From: Lytechinus pictus
Taxonomy: Eukaryota
Direction of reading: 5' to 3'
DNA: 64,000 nucleotides
NCBI RefSeq assembly: GCF_037042905.1
Contig: NC_087252.1
Location: forward strand, 5,024,001-5,088,000
The position numbers were made by a program, and so were the translations under genes. Below the pieces are notes generated by a model. It had not been told where the DNA came from. It made no database searches and saw nothing but the letters and a program-made list of their open reading frames with translations. How positions within the stretch are numbered: the first letter of the stretch is position 1; each line of letters begins with the position of its first letter. Shown here piece by piece: positions 27,101-42,100 of this stretch.

Positions 27101-30100
27101 TTTTTTAATGTAATAGCTTGCCCTCTGGCAAGCAAATTATACAAAAAAGTTTTTAGAGTTCAAGAATATGTTGTATAAAGGAGGAACTGCTTGCCCGAAT
27201 TGTCTTATTACATTTTTTTCTCATTTTTCTGTAAGAACTACATCTCATCCTTTTCATCTCATTATTTTTCCTTAAGACTTTAGAAAAATAAAAATCTAGA
27301 AATGTATTAGAACTCTCTCTGGACTTGGCTTCTTGTCCACATACCTCCCTCCCCTACCCGGCCCACTCCACCCCAAACCACCCCCTCATTTATGGGTCAA
27401 TTTTAATATCCTGAACTGCGTGCATATATCCTTCACCACATGAAAGCCGATCTATATGAGATTTCTTCTTCAAATATGGCTTACTCCTGGCTCACCCCAA
27501 ACCCAGAAGAGAAACAAATTTAAATCTCTCTTCACCCCCTCTGCCCCTGCTTTAAAATTGCTTTAGAGGTCATCAAAACAGGCATAGATTTGGGTCTTTA
27601 AAGACCTCTTGGATATATGACTATTTCTTCAAAATTCATATCTATAGGCTCTACAATAAGTGGAATTATTTTTAATCTACAGTGCGTATCAAAAAAAAGT
27701 TTACACTTAGAAAAATTCCTGTAATATTACACATTTGTAATATCCTGAAGATTTTTCCACATTTTAACATTGGTACAGATCCATTTAAGCAAATGACGAT
27801 ATAACTCTCGAAAAATATTTCCGCTTGAGTGAGCACCACCTACTTTTGAAAAGTTAGTGAAAAATGATTTGCGCAGAACTTTGAAATAGTTATGCGAATA
27901 AAAGTAGACCTTAATCATGAAGAACACATGGAATTTAGCAAGTAAAATTGATTTGAAGATATCTTTTACCTTTTTTCACTTGTTTCCTTGCCCAAAACAC
28001 TTCGAAGAGTGCATTGTGCCCCACCCCACTCCCCCACACAGTACACACCGAGGCCTTCGTGACGATATTTGCTTTACACTGAGCTGTGATTTACATGAAA
28101 TGGCTTAGGCTTGATTTTCATTTTGTTAATCATTGTCAAGCTTGGGAAAGTGTGGAGAAACAAGTATTAAATGAAAAATGAAATGTAGACCCACTTTAAA
28201 TTATAAAAACTTAGTGAAAAAATGCTGGAGATGTCTGATATAAACTTTTGTTCAGATTCAGTTATGTCCTCAGATCCAGCTGGCACAAAAAGTGTAAAGG
28301 TTGTGCTTACTAAGTGTTGAAATTTCAATTTGGGTGGCAAAATTGTTACAAAATGCTTGAATGTATCCGTTTTATTTCAATTGACTAAAAGTGCAAGGGA
28401 AATGTATGAGAAATGTTTCGCAGGGTAAGTTTGATTTGGCCCTTTCCCCTTGACACAGCGTGAAAACTAGCATTTCTGCGCAAACAGATTTCTGCGAGCT
28501 TTACAAAAATGGACAGTGCTCACTCAAGTGTAACATTCGGTCAAAACTTTTACTTTCATTGGATAGATGAGACCCAAACCCAAGATTATATGTGAAAAAA
28601 TTACCCACATGCTGTATATTTTTTAATTTTCAGGGCTTTTTCAAAGTGTAAACTTTTTTTGAAACACACTGTATAAACTACAAGATAATAATGCTCACTA
28701 TACTGCAAATCTTAAATCTTCAAACATATGTCTCACACAATGACACAAGTTGCTTTTTATTCATATATTGTTATTCAATGATTTCATCACTTGTGTTTTC
28801 TGTTAGATATTTACTTTTATACAGGCTGTCATATAGGCCCTCTTCTACATTTTTTTTATGACTCACAGTAGAAAAATTATCAGATATAAAGAAACATAGC
28901 AACCCCTCTTTAAATGCTTATTACAAACATCTTGGTCTGTATACAAAATATTAAATTTGAAGGAAAATGTAAATATGTCTTTAATCAATTTTAAGATATG
29001 TGAAATCATAGAATCATAGGACCATTAAAAATGTGTGATTCAAATTATATTAATCCCATCATGTTCAAATTTGTTTTGAGGAATGAGAGAAGTCACAATC
29101 GAGTGTATTTCGATGTTCCAACTCATAAAAGCATTATTAGCAAAACAGTTCTGAAACACTCTAGGCTCAAAGCAAGTACATACAAGTGTATTGAATTAGA
29201 TGAAAAGCTATAGAGATTTATTTGTTCATTTTCCTGCTATAGATTGTTTAGGCCAAGTGTACATGTACAGAAATATAGCTTAGACCTGATATCAAGGTTA
29301 GATGAGTTTTAAGTAATTTAATGGGAATTGAACTTCTCCCGACCTCCATGAACTCTGACCTTGTAGCCTTGCTTTTTAATCCTAATGGAACGCCAAGGAA
29401 ACTCAGAATAGTCTCGATTCTAAACCCTTTGTTTGTTTCATTTTGAATGTACAGTATTACACTTGGATGAAGATTTGGTCATTTAGATATCGGCCTTTAT
29501 CATAGTGAGCATCAAATTTTCAACAACAAAATTGCAGGCTTACTTTCATATAAACTATGTAGGCCTATATATTAAGGTCATACGAGTCATGTTTCTTTCT
29601 TTCTCCTCTACTCTGGGAAGACAATTGATCAGGAAAACTAAATGAAGGATAGAAAGAGTGAAAAAAGAATGAAAGACAAAATTTTTTATCCAGTCTACAT
29701 TTTCATTGCCTAGATCATGACAATCACCCCTCCCCTATTCTATCAGTTTTGTTTTGATAAATTGGCTTTGTTTCAAATCTACGGAAAAACAAGTAAATGA
29801 TAAAAAAAATTAAGGATAGGATAAATTTGAAATAAAGAAAAGAGAAATTCATTCAGTCCATTTCTTCATCAACCTTTAACATGTAGCCTACTTTATCATT
29901 TCTGTTTTGTTTTGTTTGATTTCTACAACAAAACAATGGCATGTTTTGAAATTTGTATAAATATTTGGACTTGGGATCTAGATTTATTTTGAGATGTAGG
30001 CCCTACATGACTTGTGTTCCTTTTATCTTAAAAAAGTACAATGCCATCTTCAACCCTGATCAGACCAGCTTAAGCATTCAGACTGATTTTATTTTGTTTC

Positions 30101-33100
30101 ATTGTATTGTTTCAACTGTTTTTGGCATTTGAAAAAAGAAAAACAACAACCATTTGTGGATCATCTCAACATTAAGTATATAGCAATACCATACACCTGT
30201 ATGTGCATTAGGACTGTATGAATATGGAAAATGAAACCTTTGAAACATGATAGCTTGTGCGAAAACAGAACAAAAATCAAAGAAACAGATAAACAAAAGT
30301 TTGAGAAAAATTGAATAAACAATCAGAAAGTTATGAGCATTTGAAGTTTAGATCATTATTTTAATGTAGATCCTCCTATTGGCAATGTGACAAAGATGTG
30401 TGATGTTACATTTGAACAACTTTGCCAGTACTTTTATATACAGTATATCACATTTATCAGTAGATCATGTATTCTTTCTATAGGAGGGCATGTAATACAG
30501 ATTTTCAAAGAATACATTATGTAGATAAAGATTTTGTATCACCATAAGAAAGAGCAAAAAGAGACATTTTGGGGGCATTTCATAGTCAGTCAAAGGGAAA
30601 ATTGTTTACATGTGACATTGTAGTATTTAGGAACTCAGAGACATAAAACTAGATACAATGAATTTAGAAGTAGAGATGATTTAATCTATTCCAAGATGTC
30701 CGATCATATTGAGATCATGTGTACATAAAGGGGACTGAGCCCTCGACGTTGACTGTTAGCACAGTCTTACAAACACAACATATTTCCCTCCTTTAAAGAG
30801 ATGAATAATGTTATATAACTAAGTCCAGATATGAGTTCAAAAGTTTATGAGTCCAGAAAATAAAACTTGTTTATTAACAACAAGCCTGAAATTTTATTAA
30901 CCTATATTGAGCAATTGTTTCATATGAGTCCAAAACTTAAACGTTCCAGTTTTTTAATTTCTATGCTCAATACTTGTCGGCTCTAAGGATTTAAGATCTG
31001 TAATCTCGTAGATATCCAGGTCGTCTCCTTAGACGCTGAGAACGACGAACAGTTCGCGGTTCTGCTCGCTGTTGCTCTTGATCTTCAGTGCTTGTAGGGA
31101 ATGGAAAGGTGTCTTCCCAATCGCTTTCATTCATGTTGCCTGGCTTGCTCGCGATAATGCGTCTGGTGTTCCATCGCGTTCCGTCATCTAGTACAAATGC
31201 ATTCGAGCCGAGCTTGTTCACGATCTGTTTGGGTTTCGATACCCCCGAAGCTAGCTTGTGCTTGCGATTTGGACGCTTTACACGAACCCAGTCACCGATA
31301 GCGAATTTCGGTGTGATTGCTCGTCTGCGTTTGTCAGTGTACGCTTTCATGCTTTGCTGTTTCCTCTCAATCTCTCTCGCTTCAGCCTGTGTGCTTGCAG
31401 GCTCTGAAACCGGTGGTTTCAGGATGTTGAATGGCATACGGAGGTTCCGTCCCAACATCAACTCTGCTGGAGTTTTTCCGGTTAGCGAATGAGGTGTTGA
31501 GCGATACGTGCGTAGTAGGGTCTGGATGGCCTTATCGAAGGTCATTCCATCTGCGAGATTCGCTTTCAAGCTCTCCTTGATTACCCGGTTGAAACGCTCT
31601 ACGCCGCCATTGCTTTGAGGGTTGTAGCGAGTTGTGAGGCGATGTTGAATTCCATTAACGGCTAGGAATTCTTCGAACTGTTCAGACGTGAACTGTGGTC
31701 CATTGTCCGTGGTGATAGATTCTGGAAGACCCCACTTGGTAAACATCTTCTCCAAGATGCTAATGACTGATGTCGTAGTGACTGAGCTTGTTGCTGCTAT
31801 CTCAGGCCACTTGCTATGGAGGTCGTGTACAACTAACAAAAATCGCTGACTTTGAGGAGCGGCTTGGACTTCCCCAAAGATGTCGACTTGAAGTTGCTGC
31901 CATGGCTTCTTCGGCCATGGGGTCGGCTGCAGTGGTGCTGGCCGCGGTTGAGTTTTCTCGCTGAGAGTACACGCTTCACAAGATCTGACGAGATCTTCTA
32001 CGCGTCGATCGATCGCTGGCCACCAGATTGCTTCGCGACATCGTTGCTTCATCTTCACCACACCTGGATGACTTTCATGTGCGGTTTGTAACAAACGATG
32101 TTGAAGCGATTTCGGGATTACCGCTTGGGTGCCACGGGCGATACACGTGTCGTCGAAGATAGCTAGCTCATTGCGAACACGATGATATGGAACGAGGTCT
32201 TCGGAAATCTCTCTAGGCCATGCTGTTTGGAGATAATGACAGACCTTCTGTAGAGTTGCGTCTGCGGCTGACTCTGTTTTCAGCTGCTCACGCGTCACAA
32301 GCTTTGCGGTCACGTGAGAGATCACCATAAGAACGTAGTCTTCGACGTCGTCTTCGATGTCGCTTCTTGCATGGCTATCGCGATTGCTATTCGCGTTCGG
32401 TGTACAGCTAAGCATATCTGCTACTCGGTTGCGTGAACCCGCGAGATATTCGACCTTGAAATCATATTGGTGCAGTCGATCTGACCATCTGTAGATGCGG
32501 AGTGGGCGGTGTCCAGATCCTGAAGTGCTCAACAAGGTTGTTAAGGCTTGATGGTCAGTACGAAGTGTGAACTTGCGACCGTAGAGGTACATATGCCAGT
32601 GTTCGCAGGCATAGATGCATGCGAGAGCTTCGCGTTCTCCTGTAGAATACTTTCGCTCTGTGTCCGACAACGCTCGAGATGCGAATGCGACCGGACGTAC
32701 ACTGCCGTCGATCGTTTGCGATAACACTGCTCCGATAGCGAACGCTGACGCGTCTGTAGTCACGTACGTTTCAGCGCTTGGAGTGAAGTGAGCGAGAACT
32801 GGCGGCTCTGCGATTCTTCCTTTGAGCGTGTTGAATGCGGTCTCTTGTGCGTTGTGCCATTCCCAAAGCGCGTCCTTCCGGAGAAGCTTCTGCAGAGGTT
32901 CTGCGATTTCTGCGTATTGTGGCACGAATTTGCGGTAGAAGTTCGTTGTTCCCAAGAATGAGGCTAGCTCCTTCACATTCGTTGGGGCTGGGAGTGTTCC
33001 CTTCTTAAGTGTCAGACCGTCATCCTCCATTAACAGACGTTCTCTAATACGGGGAATAGACGTCTTTTCGATTAGTTGATCTCTAACCAGTTCATCGTTT

Positions 33101-36100
33101 AAGGTGCCAAACTTGCACTTGGATGCCAGTTCGGTTATGGCTGCCACATATTGTTTTACTGGCTCCCCATGACCTTGTACTCTCTGTCGGAAATGATATC
33201 GTTCAATCATCACACTTGTTTTTGGCCCAAAATATTTCTCAAGTTCATCAACAGCTTTATCGTACGTACCGGTAGTAGACACTTCCAGCTGTCCGAAGAT
33301 CCGCTGCCCCTCCCTGCCCAAACAGTGGATCAGGATTGCGCGGCGGCGGAGGTCGGGTATCTCCGCTGTGTCCAACCCGCTTGCAGTCAAATACGTTTTG
33401 AAGCTCAAAATCCATCGTGACCAAGGCACAGGAGGTTCTCCTGGGGTTGCTAGGAATGGGTTAGGTGCTACAAGACCTATTCCAGCCATCCTCGTCGCCA
33501 GATGTAGTATTTAGGAACTCAGAGACATAAAACTAGATACAATGAATTTAGAAGTAGAGATGATTTAATCTATTCCAAGATGTCCGATCATATTGAGATC
33601 ATGTGTACATAAAGGGGATTGAGCCCTCGACGTTGACTGTTAGCACAGTCTTACAAACACAACAGACATCACACATCTTTGTCGCATTTCCAATAGGAGA
33701 ATCTCCATAGCATTTATTAGTGATCACAATATTCAAGTGCTCATAACTTTCTCATTATTTGTCCGATTTTTCTCAAACTGTCTTTGATCTTATTCTTTGA
33801 TTTTTCTGTTTCCACACAAGCCCACTTGTTCCAAAGGTTTGATTCCCCTTTGATTTCTCCTTGCCTGGATATATACATGTACATGGAATATTGAATATGC
33901 CAAAAACAGCAACAATAACAATTGTAAAAGACCCCCCTAGACAAATAAAATCTACAATGCTAAGCAGTCTATTACACATACACATACACCTGTACAAACA
34001 TGTGTAGCAACACCACCAGTGCCAAGACCATAGCAATATCAGAAATGAAATTGATTGATTTAGTGAATTTATCTCTGCATTCACTTCAATAACATGATAC
34101 AAGATAATACAAACATGATACAAAATAATACATAAACACATTTTTTTTCAGTCTTCACTTCTTTCATGTACAAGAAAATATTTATGGGGAAAAACACTAT
34201 TTATTGTGATTTAAATTTTTATTTTTTATTTATTTATTTGATTTAGGGGATGCTACAAGAGAGGGTAATCTAGAAATCCAGAGAGCTGATATCAGTGATG
34301 ATGCTGAATATAGATGTCATGTGACAGCAACTGATGCTACACATCAGAATCTAAGATCAGAGCCTGCTGCTGTTATTGTGCTATGTAAGAATGCTTTTAT
34401 CATTTAATCAAGTCAACATAAAAAAATATATTATTGCAGTAAACTCTCAGTATAAATTTGATTTTAGGTATTATGGTAACAAGGATGATGACAGTTGATA
34501 ATGATTATGATGATGATGATGATAATGATGATAGTGATGATAGTGGTGATGGTGGTGGTGGTGATGATGATGGTGATGGTGGTGACGATGATGATGATTA
34601 TCATGATAGTGGCAATGGTGGTGGTGGTGGTGATGATAGTAATGATGATGACAGCGGTTGTGATGATGATGGCGGTGGTGATGATGAAAGTGATTTTGAT
34701 GATGGAAGTGGTGGTGATGATTATGATTTTAATGATGGTAGTGGTCGTGATGATTATGATGATGAAGATGATGATACTGATAGTAGTGATGGTGATGACA
34801 GTGATGATGGTGATGGTGGTGGTGGTAGTGTAGTGATGATGGAGGTGGTGATGATGAAAGTGATTTTGATGATGGAAGTGGTGGTGATGATTATGATTTT
34901 AATGATGGTAGTGGTCGTGATGATGATGATGAAGATGATGAAGATGATGATACTGATAGTAGTGATGGTGATGACAGTGATGATGGTGATGGTGGTGGTG
35001 GTAGTGTAGTGATGATGGAGGTGGTGATGATGAAAGTGATTTTGATGATGGAAGTGGTGGTGATGATTATGATTTTAATGATGGTAGTGGTCGTGATGAT
35101 GATGATGATGAAGATGATGATACTGATAGTAGTGATGGTGATGACAGTGATGATGGTGATGGTGGTAGTGTAGTGATGATGGAGGTGGTGGGGGAAGTGA
35201 TAATGATCTTCATGCTTTGTTTCTCATTTGTTCCTGTACAGTACCACCTGACCCTCCGGTTATTGATAATCAGGCCAATGGGTCAAGCATCACCATCCAA
35301 CCCCCTGCAACAGTCACTCTACCATGCAGAGCCAACAATGGCAAGCCAGCACCGGTCATCACCTGGCTCAAGGGAGGGGACGATCTGGCGTACGGGAACC
35401 CAGAGGTGGTGTCGACACCAGCCGGGGATCCTACTGGTCAGTATGCTTGGGTAGTGGTGTTACGTTAAAGTGACACTGAAGTAACACCAAGGTTACACTC
35501 TGAAAGATCAATGATTTTACAGACATTCTCATGAAATCAGTGTTTACTGCAAGTACATTTGTTTATTTTTAAACTGGTGTAATGCCAGGCATATTGTGCA
35601 GTAACACCTTGTTAACACCTAAATGACAGCAGGATGAAACGTACATTTTAGCTACCATGTTCTGATACAACTATCACCCATTTAATACATGATGCTCACA
35701 TTCCAACACCTAGTTGACACCCATTGAACACCTCTACACAATGCTTATACTTGATTATAATTTCTCATTAGGTAAAAGAGTGAATGCAGTCAGCACCCTA
35801 ACACTCAACCCTGAGAAAGAGGATAATGGTGTAACCTATGCCTGTAAGGTGTCTCATGGAGCCCTTTCATCTCCTCTCTTGACCTACGTCACCCTCGATG
35901 TCCGATGTAAGTAATAAAAAAAGTCTAACCACTGGAAAACACAGGTCGTGTGGTCTAGTGGTTAGAGCATTGGACTCATAATCGCAAGGTTGTGAGTTCA
36001 GATCCCCACTCTGCCATTGTCTCCACTTTGAAGGCCCAAGAGTAATATCTGTCATCTGTAAGGTCAGCCAATACGACTGATTAACCTAGACGTAAAATAT

Positions 36101-39100
36101 TTCCTAGGTAATTGCTTATATACCAGCTTGGCGTTTACCAGCAAAACGCTGTCCTGCCGAGTTCCTGCGGGAGTTACCATAAAACAGAAAACAGAACAGA
36201 ACAGAAAACAGAAATTTTATTTTTAATTTTGCAGTTCCATAATATTATGTGCAAGTACCTGTATGCAGGAGAGATGATCTGTTTTTTATTTATCTCTGCT
36301 TTTTAGTTCATGGGAAAAAGATGTACATTTATGTGCTGAAATGATCTTGGATTGAGAATTTCATTTGGGAAGGAAAAATTGAGAAAAATAACGGGTAAAC
36401 ATGTACAAAAGGATTTATTTTATAATAGACTTGGCCATTTATCACTTTACTATGTCACTGGCTATTGGTATTTTGTTATTTGTTGTTGTAATGTATTTTT
36501 GTTTTTGTTTATGCATACACAACATGTAGGTAGGTGAATGCAGTATGTATCGAATACCATTGAGTTATGCACAAGACATGTGCCTGATCTAAAGTCTGTA
36601 ACTTTCTTATAATTATCAATTTGTCGAGGTCAAAATTCTATTTATTCATCCATTTCATACCTTGTTTATAAGTTGTCTTATTTCATCTGCATGTGCATCT
36701 TGATTGCTATTACAGGCAGATGTACATTATGCTCTGTATATCTTTAATTATCGTTTATTATCACATTCCATTTTTCAATTTTTCTTTTCTCAATCATGTT
36801 CCATAGTTCCACCATCAGCGCCTGTCATCTCAGGGTACTCGGCAGGTACCATTGTTAAAACGGGGGACGTGCTGCTCCTTCGTTGTACTTCTCTTGGAGG
36901 GAACCCACTAGCAGAGGTAAATTTATCGCTAGAGAATTTATTATAGCTTAAGATATTCCCTCATCGGCTAAATACTACTATAAGATGGAACTAGGAAACA
37001 CCATGAATCAGTAATAGTTGCTGACTTGCTGTTTTTGTGGCCAAAAGCAATGTTTACTGATATTTACTGTCGAGGGACATCGTGGCCTAGTGGTATTGAC
37101 TAGCCTTTCAGTCATATGGTCGCAGGTTGGAATCCTCGCCTTGGCCTGTTTTCCTTCAGCAAGAACTTTATCCACACTGTGCTGCACTCGACCCAGGTGA
37201 GGTAAATGGGTACCTGTCAGATTCAATTCCTTGAATGCAATGAGCGCCGGGGGAAAAAGTGGTAGTTTTAAACTAGAGCTGGGGTAATAATAGTAGCACT
37301 TTGTATCCTAAGGCGAAATTGCTATATAAATCCAGCTATTATGATTAATTGCGCGCTGATGTTGCAATCTTGTACATTCATACAATTAAATTCAACAATC
37401 TTAATAATTAGTTTTTTCCCCTACCTTCAAGTTAGATAAGCTAGTAAGAAGCAATAGTTCTTGGATAACATCTATTAAATAATAGTAAGTATCAATGGTG
37501 CAATATGGAAATCTTGAATTAAAGAAAATAACATGGAAACAATTGTCATTATTATTCCCCCAAAATTAATTGTGCAAAGAGTTAAACAATAATGAAGTGT
37601 TACTCCCCATTCCCAAAACTGTGTTAATAGCAAACTACATACATGTATATGATTTTCTGATTATTTTTTTTTAAAGTCCTATGTATCAAGACTAAGCTAC
37701 AGCACACAAGTCTATTAAATGCTCTCCATTACAAGTACCTTGCTTCCTTTTTTCTGCCTCTCAAAGGTGTACTGGTATAAGAACGATGCTAGGATGGATT
37801 ACTCCTTCATGACGGATGGAGTCAGTGCCTTCAATTCTCTGCCTCTTGATGTCGACTACAGTGATAATAACGCCATCTACAAATGTGTGGCTACCAGTGT
37901 GGTCCTGGCCGAGCCTATGAGTACTCAGATACAACTTAGTGTCAACTGTAAGCATGCTATCTATAGTGTTGATAATGGTATTGATAATGGTATTGATAAT
38001 GGTGTTGATAATGGTACCGGTATTGATAATGGTTATGACAATGGTATTGATTATGGTATAGATAATGGATATGGTGTGGAATATGGTGTTGATAATGGTA
38101 TTGATAAAGGTTTTGATAATGGTATTGATAATGGTGTTGATAATGGTATTGATAATGGTTTTGACAATGGTATTGATTATGGTATTGATAACGGTATTGA
38201 CAATGGGATAGATAATGGAAATGCTATGGAATATGGTGTTGATAATGGTATTGTTATTGGTGTTGATGGTAGACCTGATCGAATTTACAATAATGCCATC
38301 ATGTATAAATGTGTTGCTTGTGTTGTTGGCGATGATGATGTGGATGATTCAAAAGGAAGCAACAGTTGCAGTAGTGCTACATAAAATGAAAATCAATTAT
38401 AGGTCCAAATCAGCCTCTTTATTAACCCAGTACCAAATTGATTGAACAACAGCTTGATATCAGTAGTAGATGTGAAGATAGTGTGAAATATTTACTGCTT
38501 TATAAGAATTATATTGACACCTAGATAGATCCTTGTTAGTTTACAGTTTATTGGTTGTTTGATATCAATCACTTAGCCCATTTTACAATGACATCATCAT
38601 TGAGCAATTTTGATTCCATATGATTTTGTCCATTGCTTGCTTGCCCGACCACCGGCGCTACACATAAACACTCTCCATTAGCAGTGCGACATTCACCAGA
38701 CAGTGCATCCACTGCATACACTTTTGCATCCAAATTCATGAATGTCAAATGAGAAGGATCTATTTTTTTTTCATTTGTGCACTGGACAGAATACTTCATT
38801 CCGTGTAAGCTGAAATAAATGTTCTATTTAACTCTGCAACATCTCATTAGATCATTTCATCTTTCACCTCATGAAGTATTCTGTCCTTTGCACTCACAAA
38901 TATTCATTATTTGTATACTATTGACCATGGTGAGGGAAAACATTACTTTGGCTTTTTCCAGCGCGCGACACTGGCACTGGTCCGACAGTCAGAGACCAGT
39001 AAAAATTGCTGTTGGGCCAGTAACTTTTCAGAAATAGCCAAGTTTACTGGTCCGACATGACCAGTAAAATATATCAAACTAATACAAATGATATTTTTTT

Positions 39101-42100
39101 CTCCTTTGTTAAATATATAAATGGCTCTGGTGTCTCAAAAATGGCTCTTTGAAATTGAGAAATAGTTCTCATGAATTATGTTGTGTATGTGTGTGTGTGT
39201 GTACTGTTTTTTTTTTTTTTTGGGGGGTAACAATAAGCTATAAAAGACAGCAAAATAAACTAAAGTTTTTTAATATTTTTCTTTTTTTTACCAGTAAAGT
39301 TTAGGTTCGGACCAGTAAAAAATAGAAAAATTGGGTATCTACTGGTCCAGCACGACCAGGTCGGACCAGTAGAAAAAAGGGTTAGTGTAGAGCCTTGCTT
39401 TTTCATCTTCTCATCTCCTCCCATTTCCCTTTATATTATTTGATAAATTGATATATCATGTATAATGTATTATATGTCTTGATGTATTGTAATTTTGCAG
39501 TTGCCCCAGCATATGTGAATATCACCGGTCATGAGAAAATGGTTCAGTCAGATGCCACGCTCACACTTAAATGCACATCAGGTATGTGTAAGAAGTAGTT
39601 CTGTTAAGGCCACCGCACACATTATGATTGATCTATGATTTGATGTTTGGAATGAAACATAATACGTTTGGCTCAGTCGGTAATGCGTCTGCCTGTCGAA
39701 CCAAAGATCATGGGTTCGAGTCCACCCCGGGCGGATGACTGAAGCCAGTGCATTGTGTGTAAACGTCTCTCCCATGTTTCATAGATGCAGCCTATGTTAC
39801 AGTGGAAACACTCCGTCCCTCGGATTAGACGTTAAATGGAGGCCCTGTGTAGAGGAGAGTCACTGCCTTTGCACGTTAGGAACCCACTGCACTATTCGTA
39901 TAAGAGTAGGGGGAAACCACTATGTAGTGGTCCACCTGCACTCCCTCCCAATCAGTTATATCAGGAGGAGAGACCTGCAGGTCATAGTGATTCAGTTCGC
40001 TTTTCGACTCCCAGGCACAGGTGACACCAAACAAATAATAATAATAATAATAATGATAATAAAATTTGATCAAATATTGAGACATGGAGCATGTTGCTGT
40101 GTAAAGTTCTAAATTGTCATACAAATATTTATCCTAAAACCTTTGACTATGCGAACATCCTTATTAGAATAAAAATAGCGAATTGAATGTCTAGTTGTAA
40201 TGACGCCATAGCAATTGTATGTTTGGCTACGATTTGAATCCAATTTGGCCTTTACTCCAAAATAATGCTTGCAATCATCCAAAATCGGTATTAGTATTCT
40301 TACAGCTATTTTGAACCTCAAATAAAAAGAAATTTTTCATTCACATTTTTAGAAAGAGCAAAATGCGATATGTTCCAAGATCGGGTCGTAAGGTGTGCGG
40401 TGACCTTTATATAAAGGCAGAATGTCTTCGGTACAAATAGAAACAAGCTAATCATTACACCAAAAAATAGTACATACAAGTTCAATTCAAGTTCAATTCA
40501 ATTTTCAATCATAAAATCATAAAATATATATATACAAAGTAACATGAAGCAATTGAGATTTAATCTAATGAATGAAATTGGAGACTAATATGGAAGTTAA
40601 AAAAACTTGTAAGGCATAGTCATAAAGCATAAGGCAAATAGGGAAAAGAAAAACATGGTTGAACATGTTACAATATAATACATACTGCCTTAAAAATGAT
40701 GTACATTGCTGTTTTTACATATATAATCTAAGTTTGGCCTGAATGTTTTAGCCATAATTTGTTGTAATATGTCAGTGAACCATTTAGTAAAATTTTACTT
40801 AGTATATATTAGTATATATCTCACAACCCTTGTAAAAAAGTACCATACAGTACCATGGTATACTATGGTAATATCAAAGTATACCATGGTACTGTATGGT
40901 ACTTTTTTACAAGGGAATAATTGTTTCTTTCTTTACAACAAATTTTTATTTGGTAATGATTCCCAAACTTCCATCCCTTCGTGTTTCCCAGCCAACAGCA
41001 ACCCGGCGTCTTCCATCTCCTGGTTCACCGGCGGACGTCAGGTCCACACTCACGATGACGTAGTGGTCGAAGCCCCCAATGGAGGCTTCGTCACCTCGCA
41101 GGAACTGACGATCACGATGACGGCCGATACGGACAGCGTAGATTACATGTGCCAGGCAACCAATCAGGAGCTTTATGAGACCACTTCTGATACGGTGACT
41201 GTCAATGTGATGTGTAAGTATTTTCCATCGTTTTTGACTGTTGAAGCATTACAAATACCTTACATTCAATTCCAAACCCAGCCTAAGCCCCAATAGCAAG
41301 TATAATTGGGTGTTGCATGGAAGTTGATTTGGAGATGAAAGCAAGTAAAATTTGCATTTGACATAATGATTTTAAGATATTATGTCTCAACTAGAAAGAA
41401 TCCGCTAGGAGGTGTTAAATCTTGTGATGCGTGTAACTATAGCCTCGTGAATCAGGTCCTTCCTGTTGAATAGTGTATGCAAGTCCTCTGATGAAGCTAA
41501 CATGTACACCATAATACTCTAGATAAATGAGATATCCTATTTTTTTTCCCTCCAAAGATCCCCCAGAAAATCCTGGAATTACCGGCTATGAGGTTGGCAC
41601 GGAAGTCAAAGCCGAGAACCTTCTCCGTCTGGTGTGCTTTGCGATGGGCGGCAACCCTCTCGCCACTCTCGTCTGGTATAAGAATGGAGAGGTCCAGGAG
41701 GCGGAGACCGGAACCCAAAGCATTCTTTCCACCAGTACGCTGAGGATAATCTTGGATGAGACGGACAACGGGGCGGTGTATTCCTGTAATGCTTCCAACG
41801 AGGCCACGCCTGTTCCTCTACAGGCCAGTGTTACCCTCAATGTCCTCTGTAAGTCTGAAATCAAGCGCCATTTTGCAGTTCAGCTTTACCTCATTCAGGG
41901 ACATAAATTTCCTCAGGACTACATTAATTATTTTAACTCTTTTCACTCCTGAAATTGACAGATTTTTTTTCTTCTAAACCTTCTTCATAGTTTGAACCTC
42001 TCCAAAACACACTGGATGTATGTATAAAAATGAAAGATAACTTAAGTTTGATGATGCCAACTATAATATTTGAATAGGGATACATAATTATGTTACATGT

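Larger units (their letters stand above)
30222..33852. mobile_element. Fold-back MITE interrupted by the Gypsy element
   Basis: Left arm ~30222-30420 is the inverted copy of 30595-30618 plus 33665-33852. Confidence 0.65.

Noticed and set aside
34458..35009. Asp/Gly-rich and Met/Val-rich ORFs (possible acidic biomineral protein)
   Set aside because: Translation of a (GAT/GGT)n intronic repeat; flanking nephrin exons splice in phase without it; no signal peptide or splice sites.
35943..36015. tRNA-Met-like sequence (CTCATAA loop)
   Set aside because: Acceptor stem does not pair, B box is degenerate, and it continues into a SINE body and tail.
37948..38384. DNGI-repeat extension of the 221-aa ORF
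   Set aside because: Lies after the GT donor at 37948; a 12-bp minisatellite open by chance. Intron retention is not excluded but has no support.
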